64,000 nucleotides of DNA from an uncultured Hormoscilla sp. (GTDB lineage: Bacteria > Cyanobacteriota > Cyanobacteriia > Cyanobacteriales > Desertifilaceae): NCBI GenBank assembly GCA_963921275.4, contig OZ001293.3, positions 4,928,001-4,992,000 of the forward strand, read 5' to 3'. The notes below the pieces were generated by a model. The model was not told the DNA's origin. It was given only the letters and a program-made list of their open reading frames with translations, and searched no databases. The translations under genes were made by a program, and so were the position numbers. Shown in pieces: positions 41,267 to 51,856 of this stretch. Position 1 is the stretch's first letter; each line of letters opens with the position of its first letter.

Positions 41267-43249
41267 ATGTCGATACCAAAATCAGTATCTAATGTCCTGT
41301 ATGAACTACTCCAGGGTGCTGTGGAAGGACTCACAGAAAAACTCAGGGCCACTGCGGGGGTCTCCTTAGATCCAAACCAACAATCATCTAACGTCCCCAC
41401 CCTACCCAAGAGTATCCAAGATGACCCCCGTTATCAACAAGCAATGGTAGCATATTGGCAGCTGCAAGCCGATATCAAGCAACAATTAAGCACCAACAAC
41501 ATCGAAGCAGTCAACCTGCTGCAAGCACAAGAGTCCGAAGCACGACGGCAACTTTCTCAACTGCGACGGGACCTGATCCGGGAGTCCCAACTGCAGAAAA
41601 TTGCTCTTAAACTCCAGGAGATGCCAGCCATTTGGCAAGCAGACAACTGGTTTGCTAAATTAAGTCGCACCGAAACCGAGCAGATCTTGCAACAGGCCCA
41701 GCAACAACATCGCTTGCTGATCTTGCTTGCACCCCCATTCCTGAGTTCCGAATGCCCAGCATCCTTCCACAATCATCTGCGAATTATCCTCAGCAATCAA
41801 GTTAACTCATTCCTCGGTCAGCATTACCCCCACAACTGCAAATTCCGCCCCGTTCATTTTTATGGCGACTATTTCCTAGAGCCGATCGCCTCCTGTGAGG
41901 TGCAAAAATTGCCCAAGCTTTTGGATCCTGTCCCCACCGGGATTCTTTACAGCGACATTAATGATGATGAAGTGATTTTTCATCTTGGGTTTTGGGCAGT
42001 TCTCTCTGGTGATGTGGCCCTGTTTGCCATGCCAGCTTGGAACTGGTCCGATGCCAAGCAAGCCCTAACAGCAGCTGGTTACTCTCAGAGGGACGCCCAC
42101 CGCGCGATCGGGGAAATGATCGTCACCGTTCACAAGCTGCTGGCGGCATTTCTCACAGACTGGTATTACCTGAATATTGACCCCAGCTACGAACCGCAAC
42201 TGTTTGAGTTATTGTCAGAATTTGACCGAGAAGAACAAAACTGGGCTCAACCCTACATCGCCACCCTGCAACAGATGCAGCAGGCGCAACTCCCCGTCTA
42301 CGAAAATCAGATGGAACAGTTAGCAGATGAAGCCTTTGAAAAACTGAAAGCCGACAACAACTGGCGTTCTGTACGCACCCTCATGGGGTCTAATATCGAC
42401 TTGGTTAATGGCCAGGCCATTAGCCCGGATAGCCAGAGTTTAGCCTGTGCCAGTCGGGACAATAACATCACAATTTGGCAACTAACAACTGGCCAATTAA
42501 TCCGCAGCCTCAGGGATCATTCCCTACCAGTTATGTCCGTCGCCATTACCCCCGATGGCGAGACCGTCGTCAGTGGCAGTCGCGACAGCAGCATCAAAAT
42601 TTGGCAACTGAAAAGCTGCAAATTGCTCCGCACCTTCAAGGGACATGCTAACTGGGTTTGTGCCGTGGCTATAACTCCGGATGGCGAGACAATAGTCAGT
42701 GGCAGTCGCGACAAAAACATCAAAATTTGGCAACTCAAGACCGGCAAATTAATCCGTTCCATCAAGGGACATTTACGGCAAATTAACTCCCTTGCCATCA
42801 GCCCCGATGGTCAATATTTTATCAGTGGTAGTTATGACAATACGATTAAAGTTTGGAAACTGAGTACAGGCCAATTAATTCACAGCTTGGAAGGGCATAC
42901 TGACTCGGTGAATACCCTCGCCATCAGCCCCGATGGACAGACAATAGTTAGTGGCGGTAGTGACAAAAAGATAAAAATTTGGGAACTGAGTACGGGTAAT
43001 TTAATCCGCAGCTTAGAAGGGCATTCGGAGGAAATTAATTCTGTCATTATTAGTGCTGATGGACAGATTATTGCTAGTGGCAGTAGTGACAAAACGATCA
43101 AAATCTGGGAACTTAATACAGGCAAATTAATCCGCACGATTACGGGTCATTCAGACAGTATTCTTACCCTCGCCATCAGTCCGTCGGGGCAGACAATAGT
43201 TAGTAGCAGTAGTGACAAAACTATGAAAATTTGGCGGTGTAGTAGTTAG
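41267..43249 (+). CDS. WD40-repeat protein (7 C-terminal repeats) with an unknown helical N-terminus
   Basis: GH...V..LAISPDG..IVSGS.DKTIKIW repeats. Confidence 0.9.
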   Translation: MSIPKSVSNVLYELLQGAVEGLTEKLRATAGVSLDPNQQSSNVPTLPKSIQDDPRYQQAMVAYWQLQADIKQQLSTNNIEAVNLLQAQESEARRQLSQLRRDLIRESQLQKIALKLQEMPAIWQADNWFAKLSRTETEQILQQAQQQHRLLILLAPPFLSSECPASFHNHLRIILSNQVNSFLGQHYPHNCKFRPVHFYGDYFLEPIASCEVQKLPKLLDPVPTGILYSDINDDEVIFHLGFWAVLSGDVALFAMPAWNWSDAKQALTAAGYSQRDAHRAIGEMIVTVHKLLAAFLTDWYYLNIDPSYEPQLFELLSEFDREEQNWAQPYIATLQQMQQAQLPVYENQMEQLADEAFEKLKADNNWRSVRTLMGSNIDLVNGQAISPDSQSLACASRDNNITIWQLTTGQLIRSLRDHSLPVMSVAITPDGETVVSGSRDSSIKIWQLKSCKLLRTFKGHANWVCAVAITPDGETIVSGSRDKNIKIWQLKTGKLIRSIKGHLRQINSLAISPDGQYFISGSYDNTIKVWKLSTGQLIHSLEGHTDSVNTLAISPDGQTIVSGGSDKKIKIWELSTGNLIRSLEGHSEEINSVIISADGQIIASGSSDKTIKIWELNTGKLIRTITGHSDSILTLAISPSGQTIVSSSSDKTMKIWRCSS

Positions 43250-43696
43250 TTGTCAAACCTAGGACAGGCGAGACCCCTGTCCTAAGACTGGGCCAAAGCA
43301 CGTAACTTCAGGTAGTTAAACAAATATTTACCAGATTGTAATTGCCCGGGGTGCATTTCAGATTTGCTTCTTGGGCAATTGAAAATTAGCGCAGCGTGTT
43401 CCCTGGCTCCCGCCAGGGAACGAGGAAAATTTTAAATTGCTCCATTTGACCTTCGCCATTCGCAATTAGCCATTCTTCGCAAATACAAATACAATTGAGC
43501 AATTGATGACCGAACTGACAAAAAATGTGACGATTTTGATCGTCACACGCCGCAGGCAGCAGGCAGCGCGATTTTCCGACTACAGGGCCTTTATGTACCT
43601 GGGCGAAATGTTGGAGTTCAGTTGCCAGTGGTCAGTTATCAGTGGTCAGTTGATGATTATGACCGGTTAGCTTTTGTTAGTCTGGGAGGTTTGTCA

Positions 43697-44809
43697 ATGT
43701 TAGAGAATTTTAAACTGTTAGCAAATCTGAACGATCGCCAGCGCCAAATAGTAGAGGATGTCTGCTTGCTGAGGTCCTATGAGGAGGGAGAATATATTAT
43801 CAAAGAAGGAGAAAGCACGACAGATATTTATTTTTTGATTTCCGGAAAAGTCGAGCTCTACAAAATCGAACCCAATACCCAGAATAATCTTAAATTCAAA
43901 GAGATGTCATCAGGTGAAAGTTTTGGCGAAATGTCATTTGTGGATGGATCGCCCAGAAGTAGCTCGGTCAAAGCTGCCACTCCGATTGCAGTTTATGTAT
44001 TATCGAAACAAGCGCTGCTCGATCGGGTGAGCGACCCTCAAGAAACCCTCAACATTTTAGGTGCAACAATAATTAATCAAGTGAACGACTACTTGCGATC
44101 CTTGAGCGATCTCCACATCATCGCTATCCAAAAGCAGATAGACGAGCTTAAAGAACGCAATCGGTTTGGCGTTTTCTTCGTTTCCACAGTAATTTTCTTA
44201 TTTGCCATCACGATCTTGAATGCGATCTTAGATGATTTCTTTCCCAATTATAACGTTGCTGGCCGATTGTTCAACTGGGCCTATCTTTTCATCTTCACGA
44301 TCTTTCCGATATTTTTAGCATTGAAGAAATCGAAATTGAAATTGTCTTTAGTTGAAATAGGAGTCACGCGCAAAAATATGAAAAAATCGGTTTTGGATGG
44401 ATTTATCTTCAGTTTTATAGGCATACTTGGCACTTATAGCCTAAGTTGGTTAATAGACATCATCAATCCCGGTTTGCAATTAAGAGAACAGTTCCTGCAA
44501 ATTTATATCCCGCTCACAGCAGTAATTTATTTCATGCATTCTTGGGTGCAAGAATTTGGCCGAGCTACATTGCAAATAGCGCTACAGAGATTTTTCCAAG
44601 ACCAAAAAGGTTACTATGCAATTTTGATTACTTCTCTGCTCTTCGCGATGGCACATTTTCACTTAGGGACAAGGGTGATAGTAGTGAGTTGGATAGCTAG
44701 TAACATATTTGGCCTGATCTACAACCGAACTTACAACTTAGTTGGCGTCACCTTGGTCCATTTTGTGATGGGTTGCATACTTTATTACTTTGCCTTACAG
44801 TTAATGTAA
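43697..44809 (+). CDS. Cyclic-nucleotide-binding domain fused to a CPBP/Abi (CAAX) intramembrane protease-like domain
   Basis: FGEMSFVDGSPRSSSV (CNBD); hydrophobic C-terminus with QEFGR, FAMAH and HFVMG; RBS GGAGG. Confidence 0.8.
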   Translation: MLENFKLLANLNDRQRQIVEDVCLLRSYEEGEYIIKEGESTTDIYFLISGKVELYKIEPNTQNNLKFKEMSSGESFGEMSFVDGSPRSSSVKAATPIAVYVLSKQALLDRVSDPQETLNILGATIINQVNDYLRSLSDLHIIAIQKQIDELKERNRFGVFFVSTVIFLFAITILNAILDDFFPNYNVAGRLFNWAYLFIFTIFPIFLALKKSKLKLSLVEIGVTRKNMKKSVLDGFIFSFIGILGTYSLSWLIDIINPGLQLREQFLQIYIPLTAVIYFMHSWVQEFGRATLQIALQRFFQDQKGYYAILITSLLFAMAHFHLGTRVIVVSWIASNIFGLIYNRTYNLVGVTLVHFVMGCILYYFALQLM

Positions 44810-44888
44810 CTCATTCCTTCGTAGTAAGCACGAAGCGTGCTTGCCGTTCGTAGTAAGCACGAACCGTGCTTCCTAGGCGCTTTCGCGC

Positions 44889-45761
44889 CTAGGAAGCTTC
44901 CATCCATTCAATGCACTGCTGCAACTGATGTTGCATGGTCCCAGCATCTGCATGGTAGCGGCGTCCGTGACCGGGCAATACCCACTCAAATGAGTAATTA
45001 GTTAACTGGCCCATAGACTTAATTAATTCTGACCAAGAGTACCAGCAAACATTTCTAAAAGCAATCAGTTGGTTTAACCTCGCAGACCAGGCGAGGTGGT
45101 CCCCAGTAAACAGGAATTCCTGCTTGTATAATAGGACAGTGTGACCTTTAGTGTGACCTGGAACTGGGATAATTAATAAGTCCTCTGCTAGGGTAAACGG
45201 TTCCCTGCCACTCAGCTGAATTTCGACATCGCGAGTCCCGACAGAAATATCTTCTTGGTGCAGGATGCGATCGCACCCAAAATGCTGCCGATATTTCCGA
45301 TGATCTGCCACATCATCTCGATGGGTGAGATACATATATTTAATCGGGCCCATTGACTGCAAACGCTGGACCAGGGGCGGGGCCCAGCGGGGAGAATCTA
45401 CCAAAACATTACCATCTGGGCGGACAATCAAATAACTTGCGGCACCAAAGGAGCTTTCCGCATGGTAGCCGCAGTGATAAACATTTTCTGCTACCATGAT
45501 GGGAAAAGTCAACTGGGCATCTTTGACATCTTTGGGCTTTTCTACGGTGCCGATGGAAGCGGTCGGACAAGCTAACAGGGCCTGCATCGCGTTTAATCGT
45601 TCCGTCCGATCGGCGGGTTGATGATAAACCGCCGACTGTTCCCCAGCGCGATGAAAGACTTCTGGAGCCATCCATCGGCAAGTATCGCAGTCGATGCATG
45701 TGCTATCCACGTAAAAATCACCCTGGGTATTTTGGGGGAGTCGTCTATTTAGTTGAGCCAT
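44889..45761 (-). CDS. Ferredoxin-fused MBL-fold metallo-hydrolase
   Basis: CIDCDTC...CP; THRDD, PGHTKGH, FTGDH and LPGHG motifs. Confidence 0.85.
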   Translation of the reverse strand: MAQLNRRLPQNTQGDFYVDSTCIDCDTCRWMAPEVFHRAGEQSAVYHQPADRTERLNAMQALLACPTASIGTVEKPKDVKDAQLTFPIMVAENVYHCGYHAESSFGAASYLIVRPDGNVLVDSPRWAPPLVQRLQSMGPIKYMYLTHRDDVADHRKYRQHFGCDRILHQEDISVGTRDVEIQLSGREPFTLAEDLLIIPVPGHTKGHTVLLYKQEFLFTGDHLAWSARLNQLIAFRNVCWYSWSELIKSMGQLTNYSFEWVLPGHGRRYHADAGTMQHQLQQCIEWMEAS

Positions 45762-45816
45762 TGGTAAATATCCTTTATGATTGTCTAGTTATTATATCTT
45801 CTGGGAGAGCAACAAC

Positions 45817-46056
45817 ATGCCAGAACTGATCGAAAAACCCACTCGCATTGAACCACCGGGGAATAAACCCAAACTGATAGACGAGTATGTCGGTCGCGTT
45901 AACAGTGAAACGGAAGCTGTTAAGCATTGCACATATGCGATCGCCCACTGGCTGGATGGAACCCGGTCAGCGCCCGCAGTTCGATGAATGCACTCTGGTC
46001 CTCAAGGGTATGCTGCGGGTGGAGTATGAAGGAGGTTATCTCGATGTTAACGCGGG
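45817..46056 (+). pseudogene. Cupin-domain protein, frameshifted and truncated
   Basis: GNKPKLIDEYVGRVNS then SIAHMRSP.GW.EPGQ.P.FDE in another frame. Confidence 0.7.
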
Positions 46057-46439
46057 ACTGTATCAAAGCTATCTGTTACTTCCAGCATCAACTTAGCATT
46101 GGCACGGGGGGCATTAGTGACCACAGCAGTTGGCAACTTATGAGTGTCGATCCAGGATAACATGTCCAGCAGTCCTCCTAGGGGTTTAAGGCTCAAAGCC
46201 AATTCCCGAAACCGAGCTTCTTTGCCCTCAGCGAGTTGCTCTCCTGCTGTTTTTGATAGCTGGGGGAGGATATCCTCCACTATAGCTGAATCTTGCCGTC
46301 CGCTGATGTGACGTCTGTAGAAGGTTTTATCCATTTCTATGCCATAGTCTTGGAGGATATCCTGCCAAACCTGGTAATGGAGATGGTCGGTGTTAACTAT
46401 TGTGCCATCCAGGTCAAGTAAAATTGCTTTGATCGTCAT
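46047..46439 (-). pseudogene. HAD-family phosphatase, C-terminally truncated
   Basis: DLDGT and VVTNA present; the downstream KP and ED motifs are missing. Confidence 0.75.
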
Positions 46440-46526
46440 GTACCGGGACTAAGAGTAGGGTGGGCAATGCCCACCTTACCACAATTTAATCCCCCTAACT
46501 GAGGCAAACGAAAATCTACTTGACCG

Positions 46527-46967
46527 TTAGTTACTGTTAGACAAGACCCGCTCCCAAAGTACATGATCAGTCAGTTGTTTGCCATCATACATAATGGGAG
46601 GAGTACTCAATAACAACCGATCGCCCTGAAATTCAAAGAAGCGTTCTTGGTCTACACCAACCCAGTTGGGAAATAGGCTAACTTCTACATGATGAATTAC
46701 CTTGCCATCTAGAATTTCATACTTACCGCAATAGGATATGTATGTCCCGGCGGCAGCGGCTTTTTCCTCCGTGCTGCCTCTGAGAATATTTTCCGTCGCA
46801 AACTTGGGCCGGTTAGCAGTCATAATTACCACAGACATATATCCGTCCTCTGCATATATTATATACCCGATCGCATCTTTACCCTATGGGTAGGTTACCT
46901 GACCATCTTCATCTCTAATTTCAAAAGATACCAGTTGCCAAGTGCCTACAAATTGACGCTCTGCCAT
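46527..46967 (-). pseudogene. Lipocalin-like domain protein with an in-frame TAG at 46884-46886
   Basis: VGTWQLVS...YP*G...GYIIY..DGYMS...SLFPNWVG. Confidence 0.75.
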
Positions 46968-46999
46968 TTTTTCTACCTTTTTTGTCATCAATGTTCTCC

Positions 47000-47580
47000 T
47001 CAATCTCCAATTCCCATCTGACCCCGAAAACCTGTAATAATACGAGTTCCATCCTGAAGGATGTGAATTTCTACTTGGTCGCTTGCCCAAGTAATTCGAT
47101 CTTGAAATTCCGGATTAAAAATGCGCACCTGCTGATTGCGCGAAGATACTGGTGAATCAGGGGAATTAATCGCCTGAGATTCTACATAGGGTTTGTCAAT
47201 CAGGATGTCCAACTCTGCTAATAATGCTTGGGAACCTGGGGGGCCTTGGCTGATCGCAGTTCGGACAAAGTAAATCCCGAAAAGGACATCACGTTCAGTC
47301 CCTTGACCTTGAGTTTTTTAGCCAATTCTGTTAACTCTGGTGCTTGCCAGAAGGGTTCCCCGCCAGAAAAGGTCACCCCCGTATTATTAGGATTGCTGAT
47401 TATTTTCTCGGCCAGTTCGTCGATGGCAATTAACTGATTAGCTGCAAAAGACCAAGACTCAATATTGAAACATCCGGAACATTCCCGATCGCATCCTTGC
47501 ACCCACACCACCGCGCGATTGCCAGGACCATTCACTTCCGAGGAGTCAACGTAACCCATAATGTTGAGATATACAGGTGA
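47000..47580 (-). pseudogene. NrdG-like 4Fe-4S radical SAM activase, frameshifted
   Basis: VNGPGNRAVVWVQGCDRECSGCFN and FSGGEPF; DILID...SSRNQQV in another frame. Confidence 0.75.
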
Positions 47581-47668
47581 AATTTATGTTGTCGAGCGAT
47601 TAACTGTTTGATTTGTCATCTTTTTCCTCTTTAGGGTCTCGGGAACGAAATATCTGTAGTCTCGCAAT

Positions 47669-48469
47669 CTAATGAGGTGGAAAACGCACGGGAATAGCAG
47701 TCGCGTTCTGAATTTCAGACGCAAACTTCTGCAAAATCTCGGCGCTGACGCACTTGAGTTGTTGTACTGCATAGGGTCGTTCCTCGGTACTGCTGTGATT
47801 TCCCCGTCCGTCTAGTTGACGTTTTAAAGGTTTGGGGCGCGTGGGAGTGTTCAGTTGTATTTCTGTAGGGCCGATCGCCCGCACTCGGCGAATATATTCT
47901 GCGATATCTTCTGCATCCCAGTTCGATAGCATCATCGTTTGGATGCCCAACTCACCGCTATATTCTGCTCTAAATTCGGAAATTCCCTCCCAAACATCGG
48001 CAAAATTCACTCCTGTTGCCGGTCGGTCAACCCCCTGCCACCGTCTGGGGGAAACTGCATCTATTTTCACAGATACCTTGTCAGCTATTGCCAACTCCTG
48101 ACGCACAGTTTTGTCTTTCAGCAAGGTAGCATTAGTCAATACTAAAGTTGGTCGTGAGGTGAGTTGTGCGATAGATGTGATAATTTCTCCTAAATTAGAT
48201 GCTAAAGTCGGTTCCCCACTACCGCTGAGGGTGATTACATCTACATCCCAAGGGGCAAACTCTTGCAACTCTTGGATGATTTTCTCCGTAGGGACGAACA
48301 GCGCCCGCTCGCGCGTTATCTGTTCTATTTCCCCCAGCTGACAATATACGCAGTTAAAGGAGCAAGTAGACACCGCACCTATGGGGTCGATACCGAGCGA
48401 TCGCCCATAGCGCCAAGACTTCACCGGTCCGTATACATAAGTAAACTCCGTACTCAATGTCGCTGACAT
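47669..48469 (-). CDS. Radical SAM protein
   Basis: YGPVKSWRYGRSLG, CSFNCVYC and SGSGEPTL motifs. Confidence 0.88.
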   Translation of the reverse strand: MSATLSTEFTYVYGPVKSWRYGRSLGIDPIGAVSTCSFNCVYCQLGEIEQITRERALFVPTEKIIQELQEFAPWDVDVITLSGSGEPTLASNLGEIITSIAQLTSRPTLVLTNATLLKDKTVRQELAIADKVSVKIDAVSPRRWQGVDRPATGVNFADVWEGISEFRAEYSGELGIQTMMLSNWDAEDIAEYIRRVRAIGPTEIQLNTPTRPKPLKRQLDGRGNHSSTEERPYAVQQLKCVSAEILQKFASEIQNATAIPVRFPPH

Positions 48470-48770
48470 CTTTTTTTCCCGTCGTCATACACTGTTATCA
48501 TTCTCCTATCCTCAAGGCCCCCGCCACTGAAAGCTTTAGATTTATTTTATCAAGTTTCATAGTCAAGCTATAACTTCGGTCATGACAGAGCTATAAACAG
48601 CATCAAAGAGGAGTTGCTCATCCCCAAATTGCCCGCGACAAGACTCGGAACTTAATATCGCTGACATCTCTTTCACCCGTCGCAATCGCTGTTTTTTCAT
48701 TCTACTCCCATTTAGACCATAGCTACTGTAATAAGATTGATACAGACGGTCCCATCTCAATCAAAGAATA

Positions 48771-48976
48771 GGGCGACATGAGCACTCAAAATCTTACTAG
48801 ATCAGGCTTTGATGCCAATAGGCTCGGACAAGATACAGTCGCATCACTACCATCCTTTTATTTCCATGAAGCTCAAACCCTTATAACTACGTCGTCTGTC
48901 TGCCCAAAACAGCATGTATCTTGTTGAAGCTTATGGGCTGAAATTCTTACGCTGGATTTCAGCAGGCATGTCGCCC
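48771..48976. mobile_element. Possible MITE / long imperfect hairpin
   Basis: Terminal GGGCGACATG / CATGTCGCCC and inner CAAGATACA / TGTATCTTG inverted repeats. Confidence 0.45.
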
Positions 48977-49034
48977 CCCCAGCCTCAATTGCTCATGGTC
49001 TGGTCAGCTATGAACCCGACCATGAACAAAAAGA

Positions 49035-49152
49035 TTATCTATGCTTTGTGCCATTAGGCATAATTGTTTCCTTCAAGTTAGCCCCATCCAAGTTAGCTTG
49101 TACTAGATTAGCATCAATCAAGTCAGCGCGAAGTAGGTTAGCCTTAATCAGG
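49035..49152 (-). pseudogene. Orphan 3' fragment of a pentapeptide-repeat gene
   Basis: Reads LIKANLLRADLIDANLVQANLDGANLKETIMPNGTKHR*; its last ~50 bp are repeated at 49502-49549. Confidence 0.7.
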
Positions 49153-49504
49153 ACCGACTCGTCTTCAGAACCGTTCGATAAATTCGTTTTTGTAGCTTGA
49201 AGACTCGGCCTTGCCTTGTGACAAGAATCTTCGCCTCGGTTCTGCGTTTCCAGGGATCGCCCGGGAACGAGTCAAATATGGGGCAAAGCATATTTGCTCC
49301 GGGGTAAATTATATTTGCTCTGGTGCAAATATGATTTGCACCAGAGCAAATCATATATTCCACCTAGTCAAACGACAGCTTGTCTCATTCCCATCTGGTA
49401 ACATCCCCAAACACTAGCCAAGAGACAAAATACCTACAGACAAGCCAGTTGTGCTCTACTGCACAACTGGACATCTCTCGGCAATAGGCATGTGAGCAAA
49501 GAGA

Positions 49505-50702
49505 TTATCTATGCTTTGTGCCATCAGGCATAATTGTTTCCTTCAAGTTGGATGGGGTCGAGCCGGGAATCGCTTCCCGACCCTCCCTTGAGGAACCGGA
49601 CTTGCGATTTTCACCGCATCCGGCTACTGGGTACTAGGCCCTTTTCATAGGTAGACTTAATAGGAATTACTTCCGTTAGCCCTTGCCGCCTGTCTTTTCT
49701 TCCCTTTCCTGGTTTAGCGAGTGGTTGTTCTGATAACCGTTAGTATCACCATTTTCAAGTCAGTTTTACCAGTTATCCATACCTTATCCTCCACTTGCGT
49801 TTCGGATTAGTTCCGTGGCTTTTTAGGATTACTCATTCCAGCAGCTTCCTAGTATCACCGACCCACGTCAGCGCTGGCTACCCAGCATCATCTACATTAC
49901 TGTAGATGTTATCCCAGGAATTACCCCGGGCATTCGCTTCTTGGGCCATCCCTCCCCCCGTGGCTTGCGCTTAACATCTAACTTGTCCTGATGGACAGCA
50001 CACGAGAGGTTACTTCGTTCCCTAACAACATTTCGCGATACCTTTAGGTCCACACTATACCCCGGGAGCTATTTGAGTACTATATTAGCCAGAGTCTAAA
50101 ACTAATACTAGCTACCATTTCCTTTTTAGGCCAGCGCATATAGCCTTATTTCGCTGGTTCCTTATAACGAGGCTTGCACATGTTTGCCTGCTCTAACCTT
50201 GGATATCTTTCCTAGCGGCGTCACCGGCTTAGGCTGCCAGTTATCCTACATTTGAGTCCTCGCTTAGCACCACGATGATGTCGCTTCGTAGCACCGAGGA
50301 CCGGTGTCACCCCCGTACCTGGGGGGAGGGGAATTTAACCCCCATGCGGTCAGAGTTCCCGGCTAATGAAACCGGGCTAGCGTTCCGTGTTTGACCACGT
50401 TAGGCTAGAACGAATCGCACAGCACCGCTAAGGTTAGCACCGCTGAGGTTAGCACCAATCAGGCAGGAACGAAACAAGTTAACACCAATCAAGTTGGCAC
50501 TAAACAGGTTAGCACGGAACAAGTTGGCACGAAACAGGCTAGCACCAGCCAGGTTGGCACGAAACAAGTTGGCACGAAATAGGTCGGTATCGCGAAAATT
50601 CCTTTCTCCTGCGGCATAACGTGTCAGAAGTTCATTGGCATTCATATTAGCGTTTGCAGTTGTTGCAGTTCTAGATCGTCTCATTTTCTCACCCAGCGTC
50701 AT
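49505..50702 (-). pseudogene. Pentapeptide-repeat gene interrupted by the group II intron
   Basis: Exon 1 ELLTRYAAGERNF...ANLSGA (50421-50702); exon 2 NLKETIMPDGTKHR* (~49505-49549). Confidence 0.75.
49552..50420 (-). mobile_element. ORF-less group II intron (~869 nt)
   Basis: 5' GTGCG at 50420; domain V AGCCGGATGCGGTGAAAATCGCAAGTCCGGTT; domain VI hairpin ending CGACCCCAT; no RT ORF. Confidence 0.85.
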
Positions 50703-50709
50703 GGATCGT

Positions 50710-51600
50710 CTATTTCAGCCAGTCCAAGATCGACTGATTGACTAGATCCGGGTATTCGTCATGGGGACAGTGACCTGCATTAGCAATAGGTAAAAACTTG
50801 ACATCTTCACGGCTGTTAGCTAACTGCTGATAAATCTTAGCACCAGCAATGGGCGTCCAAGGGTCATCTTCCCCCCACAACACCAGTAACGGAACATTCA
50901 CCTGGGGTAACAACTCAGCTGGTTTGGGACCGGGAGGCGCTGTGAGAATGGAGGCAAACACCTGCTGGGCACCCCGATCGCAGGCTGGGGCGTAGAGCAA
51001 ATCCACCAGTTCATTTGTGATGGCTTCCCGATTCCGATAGACTTGGTATAGGGTCTTCTTGATGCGATGTTTCTGACGGATGCGGTTAAACAGGAATGGT
51101 CCCGTCACGGGAGAACTTACCAGTTTAGTAAAGCCACCCATCACCAGTCGCAGGGAGAAATTCAGCTCATCGGGACGATGATTCAATCCCCCAGCACAGT
51201 TAATCAGTACCGCACCAGAGGCTATTTCCGGAGTATCTGCCGCCACCATCAGGCCCAAAAGAGCCCCGATCGAGTTTCCGATCCACACCGCTGGTGCTTG
51301 TACGCGGGCATTCCAGAAATCCTGAAGCAATTGATGCCACAACTCCATACTGTAATTCAGGAGTGGCTTATCCGAGCCGCCGAACCCCAGTAAATCCAGA
51401 GCAAACACCCGGTAGCCACTAGCAGCCAGCACCGGGATATTTTTGCGCCAATGGCCGATCGAGGCTCCAAAGCCATGAAGTAGCACCAAGGGGCGTCCGG
51501 TGCCCATGACCGTATATTTAATCTGGTGACCTTGCCAGTTCCAGGTGAATTCGGTAATGCTTGCGATCGTCAGTTCTGTCGTCACGGCGAATATTGTCAA
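50710..51600 (-). CDS. Alpha/beta fold hydrolase
   Basis: LLHGFGAS, DLLGFG.S, GNSIG and GHCPHDE motifs. Confidence 0.9.
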   Translation of the reverse strand: MTIFAVTTELTIASITEFTWNWQGHQIKYTVMGTGRPLVLLHGFGASIGHWRKNIPVLAASGYRVFALDLLGFGGSDKPLLNYSMELWHQLLQDFWNARVQAPAVWIGNSIGALLGLMVAADTPEIASGAVLINCAGGLNHRPDELNFSLRLVMGGFTKLVSSPVTGPFLFNRIRQKHRIKKTLYQVYRNREAITNELVDLLYAPACDRGAQQVFASILTAPPGPKPAELLPQVNVPLLVLWGEDDPWTPIAGAKIYQQLANSREDVKFLPIANAGHCPHDEYPDLVNQSILDWLK

Positions 51601-51619
51601 GTTTTATGAACTATTGTAA

Positions 51620-51856
51620 TTATGACAGCAACTGCTTGAGAAGGTTGAACTGATCGGGGCTGAGGGTAATTTTCACCTCCAGCTGTTGCTGCTTATCTCG
51701 CAGCAGTATAACGCGCTTGCCCACAACAATATCAGGATCGGACAGTTCAATCATCTGATATTTTACTTCCGGCGATGTCACCCCTATGACCAGATCCCGT
51801 TGAGACTGGGGATAGATCGTTAGCATCTGGTGGAGGCAAGAGAGTTCCAGCTTCAC
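51620..51856 (-). CDS. Hypothetical protein, possibly with a broken 5' end
   Basis: 78-aa ORF; an upstream in-frame ATG is separated from it by a TAA. Confidence 0.35.
   Translation of the reverse strand: MKLELSCLHQMLTIYPQSQRDLVIGVTSPEVKYQMIELSDPDIVVGKRVILLRDKQQQLEVKITLSPDQFNLLKQLLS

Noticed and set aside
44889..45761. MBL hydrolase as a cyclic-nucleotide-degrading partner of the CNBD-protease
   Set aside because: The genes are convergent, and this looks like the common ferredoxin-MBL family; no evidence of linkage.
49031..49549. DGR template/variable repeat pair in the duplicated pentapeptide 3' ends
   Set aside because: Only ~50 bp are shared with a single internal A/G difference, and there is no RT gene; simple duplication explains it.
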